DNA of 64,000 nt, from contig DAOUKG010000032.1 in NCBI GenBank assembly GCA_034421575.1, positions 6,873 to 70,872 on the forward strand, given 5' to 3'. The position numbers and the translations under genes were made by a program. Each line of letters begins with the position of its first letter. Positions within the stretch are counted from its first letter, which is position 1. The notes below the pieces were generated by a model. It had not been told where the DNA came from, searched no databases, and worked only from the letters and a program-made list of their open reading frames with translations. Positions 19,601-27,770 of the stretch are shown here, piece after piece. Source of the stretch: Dehalococcoidia bacterium. GTDB taxonomy: Bacteria; Chloroflexota; Dehalococcoidia; Lucifugimonadales; VXLM01.

Positions 19601-20162
19601 GGCCAGAGAGACCTTGGAAGAGCATCTAAACCGCGCACGCGAGACCGTCGATCAGGCTGTGAGTGATGGCGTCATAGAATTTGAGGGAGACCGTTGGAGC
19701 AAGTCGACATATTCGCTTGAAGATATTGATGAGAACATTGCGGTTGACAAGATACGCAATTTCAGGGAGGCCCACGATATCCTCGAGGAGATTGAGGTGT
19801 CCATCAAGGATGATCGCGTCAATCGGCGTGAAGAACTTTCTAGAGACTGGGGAACGCTGGTTGGGGCCGTGGGAGAAAATCCCAACGTAGCCGTGGAAGT
19901 TCTTGAAGATCTATCTACCACGTTCAAGTTAGCCAGTCGCGATGACTCTCTAGACATCCGCGTTATGGAGGACTGTGTCAGCAGGATCAGGAATTTCCAG
20001 TCTGGCGATCCTCAAGACCTTGTTCCGACTCCCTCGGAGGGTCCCTCCAGAACCCTAGAAGATTTTTTGCGCTTCTCTTCTGGCATTGGAGAACTTTCAC
20101 CACATGAAAGACGCAGTAACGAACTGAGACACATGCTGTTGCGATCCAAGGGGGAGGAATAG
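16656..20162 (+). CDS. Large mostly alpha-helical protein (~1168 aa) with two internal cadherin-like beta-sandwich domains
   Basis: GGAG RBS before ATG 16656. A Pro-rich linker precedes two repeats, ADATLSDLQLS...VTVMAEDGATTQTYILSVER and DDATLRRLES...EVTAEDGVTTHTYRLTL. No signal peptide. Lower GC than the flanks. Confidence 0.8.
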   Translation: MSDDACSELDLILNNEVAIPQFPRYPARAPLPILRQAILRDIHHSESLLIAVLKTWFVSQLELRGLIVEHLRKTDTSINYPNFEAYQLDGYWPFDDWSSLCEEIVEANGSLDRNEVALMLCCVTGKLPMSLAAGAVAESRTMKSDRLQQTLTYLKALPANDPQWEGDVPTFLSSIVELSEEKAAERANAVSLEELITTISEFREQHCQQLEYFEFDISDWTEPTHFNASVLAEVHGLLGRLSSCFDEHSSIPQQGSSVRETRRLNREREGVEDRIIGVKSELDQLLTVDGGPDEPPQKPTPDGASPPPDIQSEVSDANADATLSDLQLSERSFEFDPIEANHTVVLPNHADSLVIAPVPSVPTATVDVSVESREHGEISCVQDDSGKHRVENIGVGQTTVSITVMAEDGATTQTYILSVERVPSDDATLRRLESTAGELEFDWALREYNIDVANGDKELSVAFETNHSSATVEATLERPDDTTTDLIASENGVCEVPGLGGGQSTLSLEVTAEDGVTTHTYRLTLNTRLRPTSDHAALMWSLVADDDLAGAYWISKSLANQGLIAAHLPTLLKAVQVARWLSPESRDFVEDLFATVSQTDDSFGDDAYVMLGLAASIQPSIIAPETNLLAWLVSPSRFPSLGMLVSSVRDFANRGYALGPEHIRGDEWHRHLQNLIGEASSDAHTWLGDSNKRFHNLVRANNVWRRLCTDGGMLNNLLSRVAEDHRSEVARVQSDVEALGEEAFRLELINETDRSLHSNAKSDITGAARDWLHRGIIQATELASRWCDLVDRENESRTQSQNQWLSDHVAKLRTDITSVFQDVFNELSRATSDSSQSDLAASSLCVARSIHLLLDYLSINHNADHLSPVSPVVANLHKVVQNSDFAGLGIAPGSHIETALSRRLLWIPTVDLGDDGLPVNAKEPIDLQRAEVDWFSIDTPLELVVRTRISNGDFRFLGLLSFDPETGQPVKPEATYVTDLAAARETLEEHLNRARETVDQAVSDGVIEFEGDRWSKSTYSLEDIDENIAVDKIRNFREAHDILEEIEVSIKDDRVNRREELSRDWGTLVGAVGENPNVAVEVLEDLSTTFKLASRDDSLDIRVMEDCVSRIRNFQSGDPQDLVPTPSEGPSRTLEDFLRFSSGIGELSPHERRSNELRHMLLRSKGEE

Positions 20163-20169
20163 GTTCGTC

Positions 20170-21930
20170 ATGTCGAGTTCACCATCAACCCGTGATTTAG
20201 AAACGGAAAAGTTGGTAGACGATTGGGAGCTTCTAAAGCAGGAACGGCCTCGTGACCGGACCGGCCCAACATCCAAGGGTCGAATCGGCACAGTGCTTAG
20301 CTTCCTTGGCCTACGCTATCAGAACGAAAGTGAACTCACGCTCCGGAAAGAAGACCGGTCAGGAAGACGATGGGTCTACTTTACGTTTGAGACCGACCCA
20401 CAAGGCAGCAACGCCGTTCGTGGGGCTCCTCAGTTTGGCTCTCAGGCCAATGGCACCTATCACATCTTCTGTCTTTGGGAGGATGCCAGGCCAGATCGGA
20501 TCTTTCGCAACACAAGCATCGACAAGGCGGCAAGGGGCAATCAGGGCGCGGTCGTTGTTCTCTATCTCAGTGCTCTGACCGAACCCGAACGTCATGACGT
20601 ACGCCGGGAGTCTTGGGCGAACGACCTTACTGTCCTGATAGTTGACGAAGTGCTGTTGACATACCTTGCCCGTTGTGAGGGTGATAGATTCAGGCCCTTT
20701 CTCGAAGTCTCCCTTCCGTTTACAGCAGCCAACCCTTACAACCCGGAAACGGCTGGTTGGGGCTCGAGGGTGGCTCCGGAAATGTTCTATGGTCGTGAGC
20801 AGCTGGAACGTGAGATTGTCTCGCGAGGTGGCACCTCACTGATTTTTGGAGGTAGACAGCTCGGTAAGACGGCCTTGCTCAGACATGTGGAGGAAGGGTT
20901 CTCCGACCCCGACCTACGACGATTCGCATGGTTCATTGATCTGAAGGCAGCAGGCTATGTGCCCGATGCTGAGTCCGCAAAAGACCCTAGTGATATTCTT
21001 GAGGTGCTTCACGACAGCTTTAGACAAGATGACATCCTGGGAGCCGATACGAGCGGTCATAGTCAGGAACAGATGCGTCAGGACATTCTTGACGCCTTCG
21101 AGAACGACAGAGACCTTCAGGTTCTGGCCATGTTCGACGAGTCGGATGCATTTCTTCAACGTGACTGGTCTTCTGGCTCTCCGGTGGTGGAGTCGCTCCG
21201 AGCACTCATGGACGACACTGGCAACAGGTTCAAGGTTGTCTTCGCCGGGCTCCACAACGTACAGCGTTTCGCCAACCGGCCCAACAGTCCGTTCCCCAAT
21301 TTGGGCTTCAACTCCAACACTCCTCGGAGAGGGGGGATCGGGCCCTTAAGGGACCACGAGGCAAGAAACCTCGTAGAGCAACCATTCAGTCTGTTGGGCT
21401 TTAGATTCGAACCCCTCGCAGTTGACAAAATTCTTAGCTATACCAACAGGCATCCTTCATTGATCCAGTTTTTCTGTCATGAGCTTATACAGTCATACAG
21501 GCAGAGCAATCCGGACGGGAGCCCACCATTCACAATTGGAATAGATGAGGTCGACAGGGTGTATCGAACTCAGAGCATACAGGGAGGTATCAAACGGCGA
21601 TTCAAGGCGACCTTCGAACTGGACCCCCGCTACCATGTGATCGCCTTAGCAATGATCCTGGATCAAGAACATCCAACGCAGAGCTGGGGTTTGGACAAGT
21701 TGAGGTCGCACTGCCAGTCCTACTGTCCACTCACGTTCGAGCCGGATAGCCTCAGCAACCTCGAGTTAGCGTCGCTCTTGAACGAATTGATTGGACTGGG
21801 CGTTCTCGCTCAGGATGGAGATTCCTACCGAATGAGAAGTTCACTCATCGCACAAATGTTTGGAAGCGAGGATGAAGTAATTGAAATGCTTGGCGAACTT
21901 GAGGCTGAGGAGCCGTATTCGGTAAGTTGA
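20170..21930 (+). CDS. STAND-class P-loop ATPase with C-terminal winged helix
   Basis: NPY..PEMFYGRE, Walker A GGRQLGKT, Walker B VLAMFDESD, VVFAG sensor, YTNRHPSLIQ (GxP-equivalent), and a wH-like end (LNELIGLGVL). Confidence 0.85.
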   Translation: MSSSPSTRDLETEKLVDDWELLKQERPRDRTGPTSKGRIGTVLSFLGLRYQNESELTLRKEDRSGRRWVYFTFETDPQGSNAVRGAPQFGSQANGTYHIFCLWEDARPDRIFRNTSIDKAARGNQGAVVVLYLSALTEPERHDVRRESWANDLTVLIVDEVLLTYLARCEGDRFRPFLEVSLPFTAANPYNPETAGWGSRVAPEMFYGREQLEREIVSRGGTSLIFGGRQLGKTALLRHVEEGFSDPDLRRFAWFIDLKAAGYVPDAESAKDPSDILEVLHDSFRQDDILGADTSGHSQEQMRQDILDAFENDRDLQVLAMFDESDAFLQRDWSSGSPVVESLRALMDDTGNRFKVVFAGLHNVQRFANRPNSPFPNLGFNSNTPRRGGIGPLRDHEARNLVEQPFSLLGFRFEPLAVDKILSYTNRHPSLIQFFCHELIQSYRQSNPDGSPPFTIGIDEVDRVYRTQSIQGGIKRRFKATFELDPRYHVIALAMILDQEHPTQSWGLDKLRSHCQSYCPLTFEPDSLSNLELASLLNELIGLGVLAQDGDSYRMRSSLIAQMFGSEDEVIEMLGELEAEEPYSVS

Positions 21931-23199
21931 ATGAATCTCGAGCCACTCGCCTACTCCCTCCCTTCCACACAGTCCTTTGTTCACTCCATTACTGACAACG
22001 ACGACAACGGTGTAAAGGTCGTCTTGCTTCCAGACAATCTAAGCCGCGAAATGGTGGGACGGCTAGTCAGAAATCGATTAGCCGCCCTCAAACTCACTGT
22101 TAGTAGACTCTTCGATCCCGGAGGGGCCAGCCCGGTTTCGGCTAGCGCCAAGGCCATGAATGCCATCTGGCCATCGCCCCGTACGCTCAGAACCGTCCAC
22201 AACCTGCTGTGCTGCACGGATCTCCCCGATATCTTGTACGTTCACCGAATCGGAGCAAGACAAGAGTGGACCGGATTCATCGAGAGTTGGGCGCGGGAAT
22301 ATCGCATACTGAGGAACTCAGGGAACACTGACATTCCGTCCTTGTGCGTGATTGCCAAGTTGAAAGATTTCGAGTTCATCCTGCCAGAGTCCAAATCAGA
22401 CCTCACATTCCATTGGTGGTGGGGCTTTCCATCAATGCTGGAGGTAAGACTCTCATGTAGGATAGCGAGCGAGCAGTTCGATAGAGATGATCCAGCCACC
22501 TCCAGTTGGAGGGAATACGTGCTTCCTGGCCTTGTCGGCAGTGACATACAGCTCGCCGAGCATATGTGGAGCAGGGTCATGGATAGCACCGATCAAACCA
22601 TGAGGGGTCTGTCGGAATACTGGGACCGCCTTGAAAATACAGCGCTCAGCGACTCGATTGATGACGTAATAGAAATCGTCAGGGCCAACCGGGGAACGTA
22701 CGGTGCAGGGCAGGAGCCACCTCTGCATCTGCGCAGACTCTGGGCCAGTGGTGGGCTAATCTACACGCGGGAGTACGGACTTGAGGTTCATCCCGCTTTG
22801 CTGGCTCATCGTGAACTCTGGACTAGTGTTGAACACATGCTATGGCGCGGCCAGTCCGAACTGCTTCTTCCGATAGTTAACGAGATTCGCCTTAGGGTAT
22901 GTCAGGACTTGACTGAAACGTACGGTAGTGACTGGCCAGTCAAATGGGTACCTCCTCACTTTGAGCATGATATCGAGGAGGTCAGCCGCTCTCCTCTAGG
23001 CACTGAACTAAGTCACGTCAGCTACCTCATTCAGAATCTGGGCATGTACAACCATCGCCACGACTTGTATCAGAAGCGATTTCTCGGAGAACTGGTTCTA
23101 ATGGCGAAGACCTTGAGGAATGAAATCGCCCATTACAAGCCTGTCTCATATCAGGACTTTGCAGGACTGTGTGATGAGCGGAACAGGGTGGGGATATAG
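21931..23199 (+). CDS. Hypothetical protein with a C-terminal HEPN-like RxxxxH motif
   Basis: Starts immediately after the ATPase stop; C-terminal LRNEIAHYKPV. HEPN assignment is inferred from the motif and its helical context only. Confidence 0.6.
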   Translation: MNLEPLAYSLPSTQSFVHSITDNDDNGVKVVLLPDNLSREMVGRLVRNRLAALKLTVSRLFDPGGASPVSASAKAMNAIWPSPRTLRTVHNLLCCTDLPDILYVHRIGARQEWTGFIESWAREYRILRNSGNTDIPSLCVIAKLKDFEFILPESKSDLTFHWWWGFPSMLEVRLSCRIASEQFDRDDPATSSWREYVLPGLVGSDIQLAEHMWSRVMDSTDQTMRGLSEYWDRLENTALSDSIDDVIEIVRANRGTYGAGQEPPLHLRRLWASGGLIYTREYGLEVHPALLAHRELWTSVEHMLWRGQSELLLPIVNEIRLRVCQDLTETYGSDWPVKWVPPHFEHDIEEVSRSPLGTELSHVSYLIQNLGMYNHRHDLYQKRFLGELVLMAKTLRNEIAHYKPVSYQDFAGLCDERNRVGI

Positions 23200-23258
23200 T
23201 GAACCGCCGGCATTGTGTTTCCACTTGACGAGGGGTAGGCGCAAGAATAGAGCGACGA

Positions 23259-23531
23259 CTATCGTTTGACGGCCTCCGCGTCTCCCACCACAGGTAGCAG
23301 GATATGTAGCAGGCCCAACTCGGCGGCGAGGTTAAACAGGGAAATGAGATGGCCCGGGTCCGGCTTAGTTCCCTTCTTCCACCGCCATACGCATCGAACG
23401 TTCACGCGCAGGCGGCGGGCAAGCCCCCGCCACGACAGCCCGGCGGCTTCACGGAGTCGCTCCAGCCGCTCAGGGAAGTCTGGAGGGAATCGGGAAGGTT
23501 CCACGTGATAGACGTTCTGTTGACGGCGCAC
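23259..23531 (-). CDS. Small XRE-type HTH protein
   Basis: FPPDFPERLERLREAAGLSWRGLARRLRVNVRCVWRW; GTG start with an upstream GGGAG. Confidence 0.7.
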   Translation of the reverse strand: MRRQQNVYHVEPSRFPPDFPERLERLREAAGLSWRGLARRLRVNVRCVWRWKKGTKPDPGHLISLFNLAAELGLLHILLPVVGDAEAVKR

Positions 23532-23538
23532 CAAGTCG

Positions 23539-23829
23539 CTACTCCCCCCTCCGGGATACAACTATCAGGTCGTCGTCCAACAGGACGCCCAGACCTCCCG
23601 GCACCCTTGTCGCCAGCGCCACTATCGCCAGCATAGCACCGCCGTTGGGCCATCCGCCATCGCGCCAGTACTTCAACTGACGGGGGTCTACTCCCAGACA
23701 GACTGACATCCCCTCCCAGGTCATTCCGGTGATTTCCTTGAGCGCGGTGAGCCTGTCGGAGAAGTCCTCAGGCAGCAGAGACCCGTCGGGCACAAACAGA
23801 TGGGGCAGCAGATGGCGTTCTCTACTCAT
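23539..23829 (-). CDS. Small XRE-type HTH protein (paralog of 23259-23531)
   Basis: LPEDFSDRLTALKEITGMTWEGMSVCLGVDPRQLKYWRDG. Confidence 0.7.
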   Translation of the reverse strand: MSRERHLLPHLFVPDGSLLPEDFSDRLTALKEITGMTWEGMSVCLGVDPRQLKYWRDGGWPNGGAMLAIVALATRVPGGLGVLLDDDLIVVSRRGE

Positions 23830-24064
23830 CGCAGACCATCACGACGAAAAGGTCGTCGAACTCGGAGCACTCCAGAGATTCCATGAGCCGCCGCCTAATC
23901 GACGGCGAAGGGCATCTCCTGCCGTTGATGAGGCGGGAGAGGTGTCCCGAAGAGACTTCGAGCAGATGAGCGAGGTCGTTCTGGGTCATGTTGAGCCGGT
24001 TGAGGCGGTCCCAAACCGCCTCGGCCTTCAGTTGCACCTTCCTAGCGGGGCGCTTACCTGCCAC
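23822..24064 (-). CDS. Cro/XRE-like HTH protein
   Basis: MTQNDLAHLLEVSSGHLSRLINGRRCPS; GTG at 24064 with a GGAGG RBS; overlaps its neighbours. Confidence 0.8.
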   Translation of the reverse strand: MAGKRPARKVQLKAEAVWDRLNRLNMTQNDLAHLLEVSSGHLSRLINGRRCPSPSIRRRLMESLECSEFDDLFVVMVCDE

Positions 24065-24263
24065 GCCTGCCCTCCTTTGCCGGGATTTCGCCACCATCGG
24101 CGGCCAAAGCGGATGCGGAGTCATCCCCCGCAGCGTCCTGCTCGATGAGGGACCGGAAATGAGCGCGAACGATCATGCGGGCCAGGATTTTCAAGCCCTG
24201 CAGACGCATCGCGTTCTGCTCTTTGGTGAGACGAGTGTCTCTGCTCAGGTCTCTTGAATTCAT
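24054..24263 (-). CDS. Small hypothetical protein (first gene of the leftward operon)
   Basis: ATG at 24263; amphipathic helix RLQGLKILARMIVRAHF; its stop overlaps the next start. Confidence 0.45.
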   Translation of the reverse strand: MNSRDLSRDTRLTKEQNAMRLQGLKILARMIVRAHFRSLIEQDAAGDDSASALAADGGEIPAKEGRRGR

Positions 24264-24497
24264 GCGTTGCACCCCGGTGGCGCAGTAGTGATCTTTGGTG
24301 TATGATAAGCGGAACAGTACGTGTGTTCTGTAATATGGCAGTCTAACAGTAGCGCACACCAATGGGCAATAGCAATCGGTGAGTAATATGGGATCATTGA
24401 TAAATTGCTTCCTGTAATGTAACAAGTGTTGACCAACTATTGACCTTTTGAAGGTAGGAGCGTCAATGTGACACCGGAGTCTAACGGGGAGGCAGCT
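24264..24497. promoter_or_regulatory. Divergent promoter/operator region of a phage-like genetic switch
   Basis: AT-rich intergenic region between the leftward cro-like operon and the rightward repressor; TTGACC hexamers are present. Exact sites were not defined. Confidence 0.45.
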
Positions 24498-24902
24498 ATG
24501 AACGAGGAGACAGACCGCCGAGACGAGACCATCGGCCAGATGCTCAGACGGCTGCGGGGCGACATGAGCCTGCGGGGAGTCCAGCGCATCAGCGGCATCT
24601 CGAACGCCTACCTCTCACAGATCGAGAAAGACCTTCGTCATCCGGGACCCAAGGTTCTCAAGAGACTGGCTGCGCTCTACGGTGTCGGTGTCCAGGACCT
24701 GTTCAAGAAGGCCGGATACCTGGAGGAGGGAGAGGAGCCGGAGGTAGACGAGACCGCTGAGGTGGAGAGGGCCTACCAGTACGTCCTGGCCGATCCCGTG
24801 TTTCGCGTTGGAACCAGACCCAGAGGTCCCCTTTCCATCGAGTCGAAGCGTTTCATCGTCGAGCTGTACGAGCGCTACAGCGGGAAGAGGCTGCTCTCGT
24901 GA
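24498..24902 (+). CDS. XRE-family repressor (ImmR/DdrO-like)
   Basis: IGQMLRRLRGDMSLRGVQRISGISNAYLSQIEK...AGYL; GGAGG RBS before ATG 24498. Confidence 0.85.
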   Translation: MNEETDRRDETIGQMLRRLRGDMSLRGVQRISGISNAYLSQIEKDLRHPGPKVLKRLAALYGVGVQDLFKKAGYLEEGEEPEVDETAEVERAYQYVLADPVFRVGTRPRGPLSIESKRFIVELYERYSGKRLLS

Positions 24903-25846
24903 GCGCCGTCACGCTGGACGATTTCTGCCGCCACCTCGTGGACGGTGAACCTCCCAACGAGAGACTCCATCCAACGGGCGTGGCTCGGGAGTTCGTGGGA
25001 TTCTTCGGCCTATCGCCCTTTCCACACATGGACGAGACCGAGTCGCTGCTCAACAGAGCCGTCATCGCTACCGTAGTTCGATCTCATGACATGGCAGGGT
25101 TAAGGGGATATCACACGGGAACGAACATCGGCAGCTATCAGATCGTAATCGACGCGACTGATGGCATCGTGGCCCAGGAGCACACGGTGCTCCACGAGAC
25201 TTACGAGATCATCAAAGAAAGGCTCGGAGACCTCTATACGGATATCGGAGTCCCGCAGGGCAAGAGCATGTGCCGTCAGGCCGACCGGTTCGCCGCTGCG
25301 GTGCTGATGCAGCCCTACTGGTTCTCCCTGTTCGCCACGTCGTCAGGGTTGGACATTATCGCCCTGCAAAAGGCATACGGCCGCGCCTATTCGTCGGTGA
25401 TCTTGAGGCTGGCCGAGGTGATGCGGGATCAGCCGCTCATTGCGGTCCTGTACGAGCGCGGAGAGGCAAGGGAGCCCTACTTTCGGACGACGGCTCCCGT
25501 TGCGCACTTCAGGGCTACGGTCGTAGCCCGCACTCCCGGATTCGGGGCGCGCCACAGCCGCGCGTTGTGCGGAACGAAGGGAGGAATGCCGCGATGGGGA
25601 AGGCCCCTTCCTCCCGGCTCGCTTGCCGAGGGCGTGGCGCTGACGGGCAAGCCGAGCTACGTCGAGAAAGAGCCGGGGTTTGGCGATGTGGCCGTCGCCG
25701 CAAGACCGGTATTCCGGCGGGGACGTTTGAAAAGGATCGTCGTAGTTGCCGTGCCCTATAACGACTGTGCCGTTTTGCTGCGCCAGACCGCAGACCCATC
25801 TTTCGAGTCCGCGCGTCGCCTAGCTGTGGCGGCCGGTCCCTGGTAG
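24899..25846 (+). CDS. ImmA/IrrE-like metallopeptidase (variant zinc motif)
   Basis: HTVLHETYE and QADRFAAAVLM motifs, an HTH-like middle region and a GAF-like C-terminus; GTGA overlap with the repressor. Confidence 0.75.
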   Translation: MSAVTLDDFCRHLVDGEPPNERLHPTGVAREFVGFFGLSPFPHMDETESLLNRAVIATVVRSHDMAGLRGYHTGTNIGSYQIVIDATDGIVAQEHTVLHETYEIIKERLGDLYTDIGVPQGKSMCRQADRFAAAVLMQPYWFSLFATSSGLDIIALQKAYGRAYSSVILRLAEVMRDQPLIAVLYERGEAREPYFRTTAPVAHFRATVVARTPGFGARHSRALCGTKGGMPRWGRPLPPGSLAEGVALTGKPSYVEKEPGFGDVAVAARPVFRRGRLKRIVVVAVPYNDCAVLLRQTADPSFESARRLAVAAGPW

Positions 25847-25914
25847 TTGCAGGTAGATTGCTAGGTGAGTTATAGTAAGACAATGTCATACTACGGAAGG
25901 CAAAAAGAGAGACG

Positions 25915-26145
25915 ATGCCAGCAATCCCGAGGAACACCAAGACCATCACCTTCTCCCTGCCGCCTGAGATGGCGGAGCAGGTGCATGAAGTGATGCGGGA
26001 AGAGGGCCGGACGATGAGCGAACTGATCCGAGAGGCTCTACGCAACTACATGGAGGAGCGGGAATGGCTCAGGGATATCCGGTCCCAGAGGCTCAGAGAA
26101 CGTGAGAAAGAACGGGAAGACGTCAGAAGGAGGACTGAAAAGTGA
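25915..26145 (+). CDS. Ribbon-helix-helix (CopG-like) protein
   Basis: KTITFSLPPEMAEQVHEVMREEGRTMSELIREALRNY. Confidence 0.85.
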   Translation: MPAIPRNTKTITFSLPPEMAEQVHEVMREEGRTMSELIREALRNYMEEREWLRDIRSQRLREREKEREDVRRRTEK

Positions 26146-27770
26146 TCGATAAGCAACCTAAAGACTACACACCGGCAGCCCTCTACGCCAGAGTTTCCAG
26201 CGACCGTCAGGATGTTGACCTGTCCGTCGCCGCACAGTTGAGGGCGCTCCGGGAGCACGCCGAAAAGAACGGTTACATGGTTGTGCGCGAGTATGTCGAC
26301 GAGGCCGAAAGCGGACGCATCGCCGACAGGCCCCAGTTCCGCAAGATGCTGGACGAAGCCTCAAAAGCCAGTGCCCCCTTCCAGGAGATTCTCGTCTGGA
26401 AATTCTCCCGCTTCACGCGGAAGCGGGAGCACGCCGTCGCTTTCAAGTCCATGCTTCGAAGACGCGGTATTCGAGTGACATCGATCACTGAGCACGCCGA
26501 CGACTCGCCCACAGGCAAGCTCATGGAAGCCATCATCGAGAGCGTGGACGAGTTCTATAGCGAGAACTTGGCCCAAGAGGTCACGCGGGGGTTGCGTGAG
26601 GCCGCCTCTCGTGGCTTCTGGATGGGCACCAACGCCCCATTTGGCTACAAGAAAGTCTACGTCCAAGACGGAGCCAAGAAGCGCCCGAAGCTGGAGCCGA
26701 ACCCGCCAGAAGATGCAGTGGTCAAGCGCATGTTCGACATGGCCCTGCAGGGCATGAGTTCACTCGACATCGCCAGGAACCTCAACGCCGAAGGCATCGC
26801 CAGTCCCAAAGGGAAGCAGTGGCTCAAGAGTACCGTCCACACAACTATCAACAACGAAGCATACACAGGCACCGTAGTCTGGGGAGTCAATGCCAAGGAC
26901 GGCGCTCCGCCGGTACGCGTCGAGAAGGCGTTCCCCGCCATCGTCTCCAAGCGCAAGTTCCAGCAGGTCGCCAACCTGCTGAAATCTCGCGCACCTAAGA
27001 GCGTACATCCCCGCCGGGCGTCCAGCCCTTACCTGCTCAGCGGACTGGCAAAGTGCGAGACATGCGGCAAGGCCCTCACTGCAGCCGAGGCCAAAAGCGG
27101 CAAGTACACCTACTACGTCTGCCACTCCCTGCTCAAGAAGGGTAAGGGAACGTGCAGGACTCCCAGGCTCAACTCGAAGAACTTTGAGGGCCTGATCGTC
27201 TCCAACATCCGCGACAATATCCTCACTGAGAGCAACATCCGCGACCTTGTGAAGATAGTGGACGGGGAGATGGACGGGGTTGCCCGCGAGCAGCGCAAGA
27301 GACTGAAGGTAATCGAAGAGGAGCTTGAGGACGTGAAGAAACGGCTGGACAAAATCTGGCACGCCATCGAGACGACCGATATCGAGATGTCCCAAGCCTC
27401 GGACCGCATCAAAGAGAACTGGGAGCGCAAGGAGAAGCTGGAAACCTCGGCTGAGGAGGCGCGGGCGGCTCTGTCGAAGCGGAGAGTTACGCTGGACAGG
27501 ATGGCGAAGATCACGGACTTCGCACAGGAAATGAGGGAGTATCTAAAGAAAAGCGACCTAACCCAGTCGAGGGCGTTCATACGGTCGTTCGTCAAGGAGG
27601 TTTCGGTCAGGCCCGGCAAGGCCACGATCCACTACACAATGCTCACTCCGGAGGATAGTCCCACATTAGGCGGCGACACCGCAGAGGTCATCCTGAACGG
27701 AGGAGTTATGAATATGGGAGTCTCAAGTGGGGAAGGAGGGACTCGAACCCTCACGCCTTGCGGCACATGA
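26142..27770 (+). CDS. Large serine recombinase (integrase)
   Basis: Catalytic ALYARVSS, RPQF..ML, recombinase domain PFGY, zinc ribbon CETCG..YYVC..C, coiled coil. The last ~14 codons lie antisense within tRNA-Leu. Confidence 0.95.
   Translation: MIDKQPKDYTPAALYARVSSDRQDVDLSVAAQLRALREHAEKNGYMVVREYVDEAESGRIADRPQFRKMLDEASKASAPFQEILVWKFSRFTRKREHAVAFKSMLRRRGIRVTSITEHADDSPTGKLMEAIIESVDEFYSENLAQEVTRGLREAASRGFWMGTNAPFGYKKVYVQDGAKKRPKLEPNPPEDAVVKRMFDMALQGMSSLDIARNLNAEGIASPKGKQWLKSTVHTTINNEAYTGTVVWGVNAKDGAPPVRVEKAFPAIVSKRKFQQVANLLKSRAPKSVHPRRASSPYLLSGLAKCETCGKALTAAEAKSGKYTYYVCHSLLKKGKGTCRTPRLNSKNFEGLIVSNIRDNILTESNIRDLVKIVDGEMDGVAREQRKRLKVIEEELEDVKKRLDKIWHAIETTDIEMSQASDRIKENWERKEKLETSAEEARAALSKRRVTLDRMAKITDFAQEMREYLKKSDLTQSRAFIRSFVKEVSVRPGKATIHYTMLTPEDSPTLGGDTAEVILNGGVMNMGVSSGEGGTRTLTPCGT

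Larger units (their letters stand above)
2925..27727. mobile_element. Composite genomic island / accretion region between convergent tRNA-Ala and tRNA-Leu 3' ends
   Basis: Recombinase sequences abut both tRNA 3' ends. Content includes PKS cargo, pseudogenes, a lower-GC operon and a phage-like regulatory switch. Internal boundaries were not resolved and no att direct repeat was seen. Confidence 0.6.

Noticed and set aside
2925-27727. attL/attR direct repeat of a tRNA 3' end delimiting one single element
   Set aside because: No duplicated tRNA-Ala or tRNA-Leu 3' segment was seen by eye. The two tRNAs face inward, so the region is more likely two or more abutting elements.
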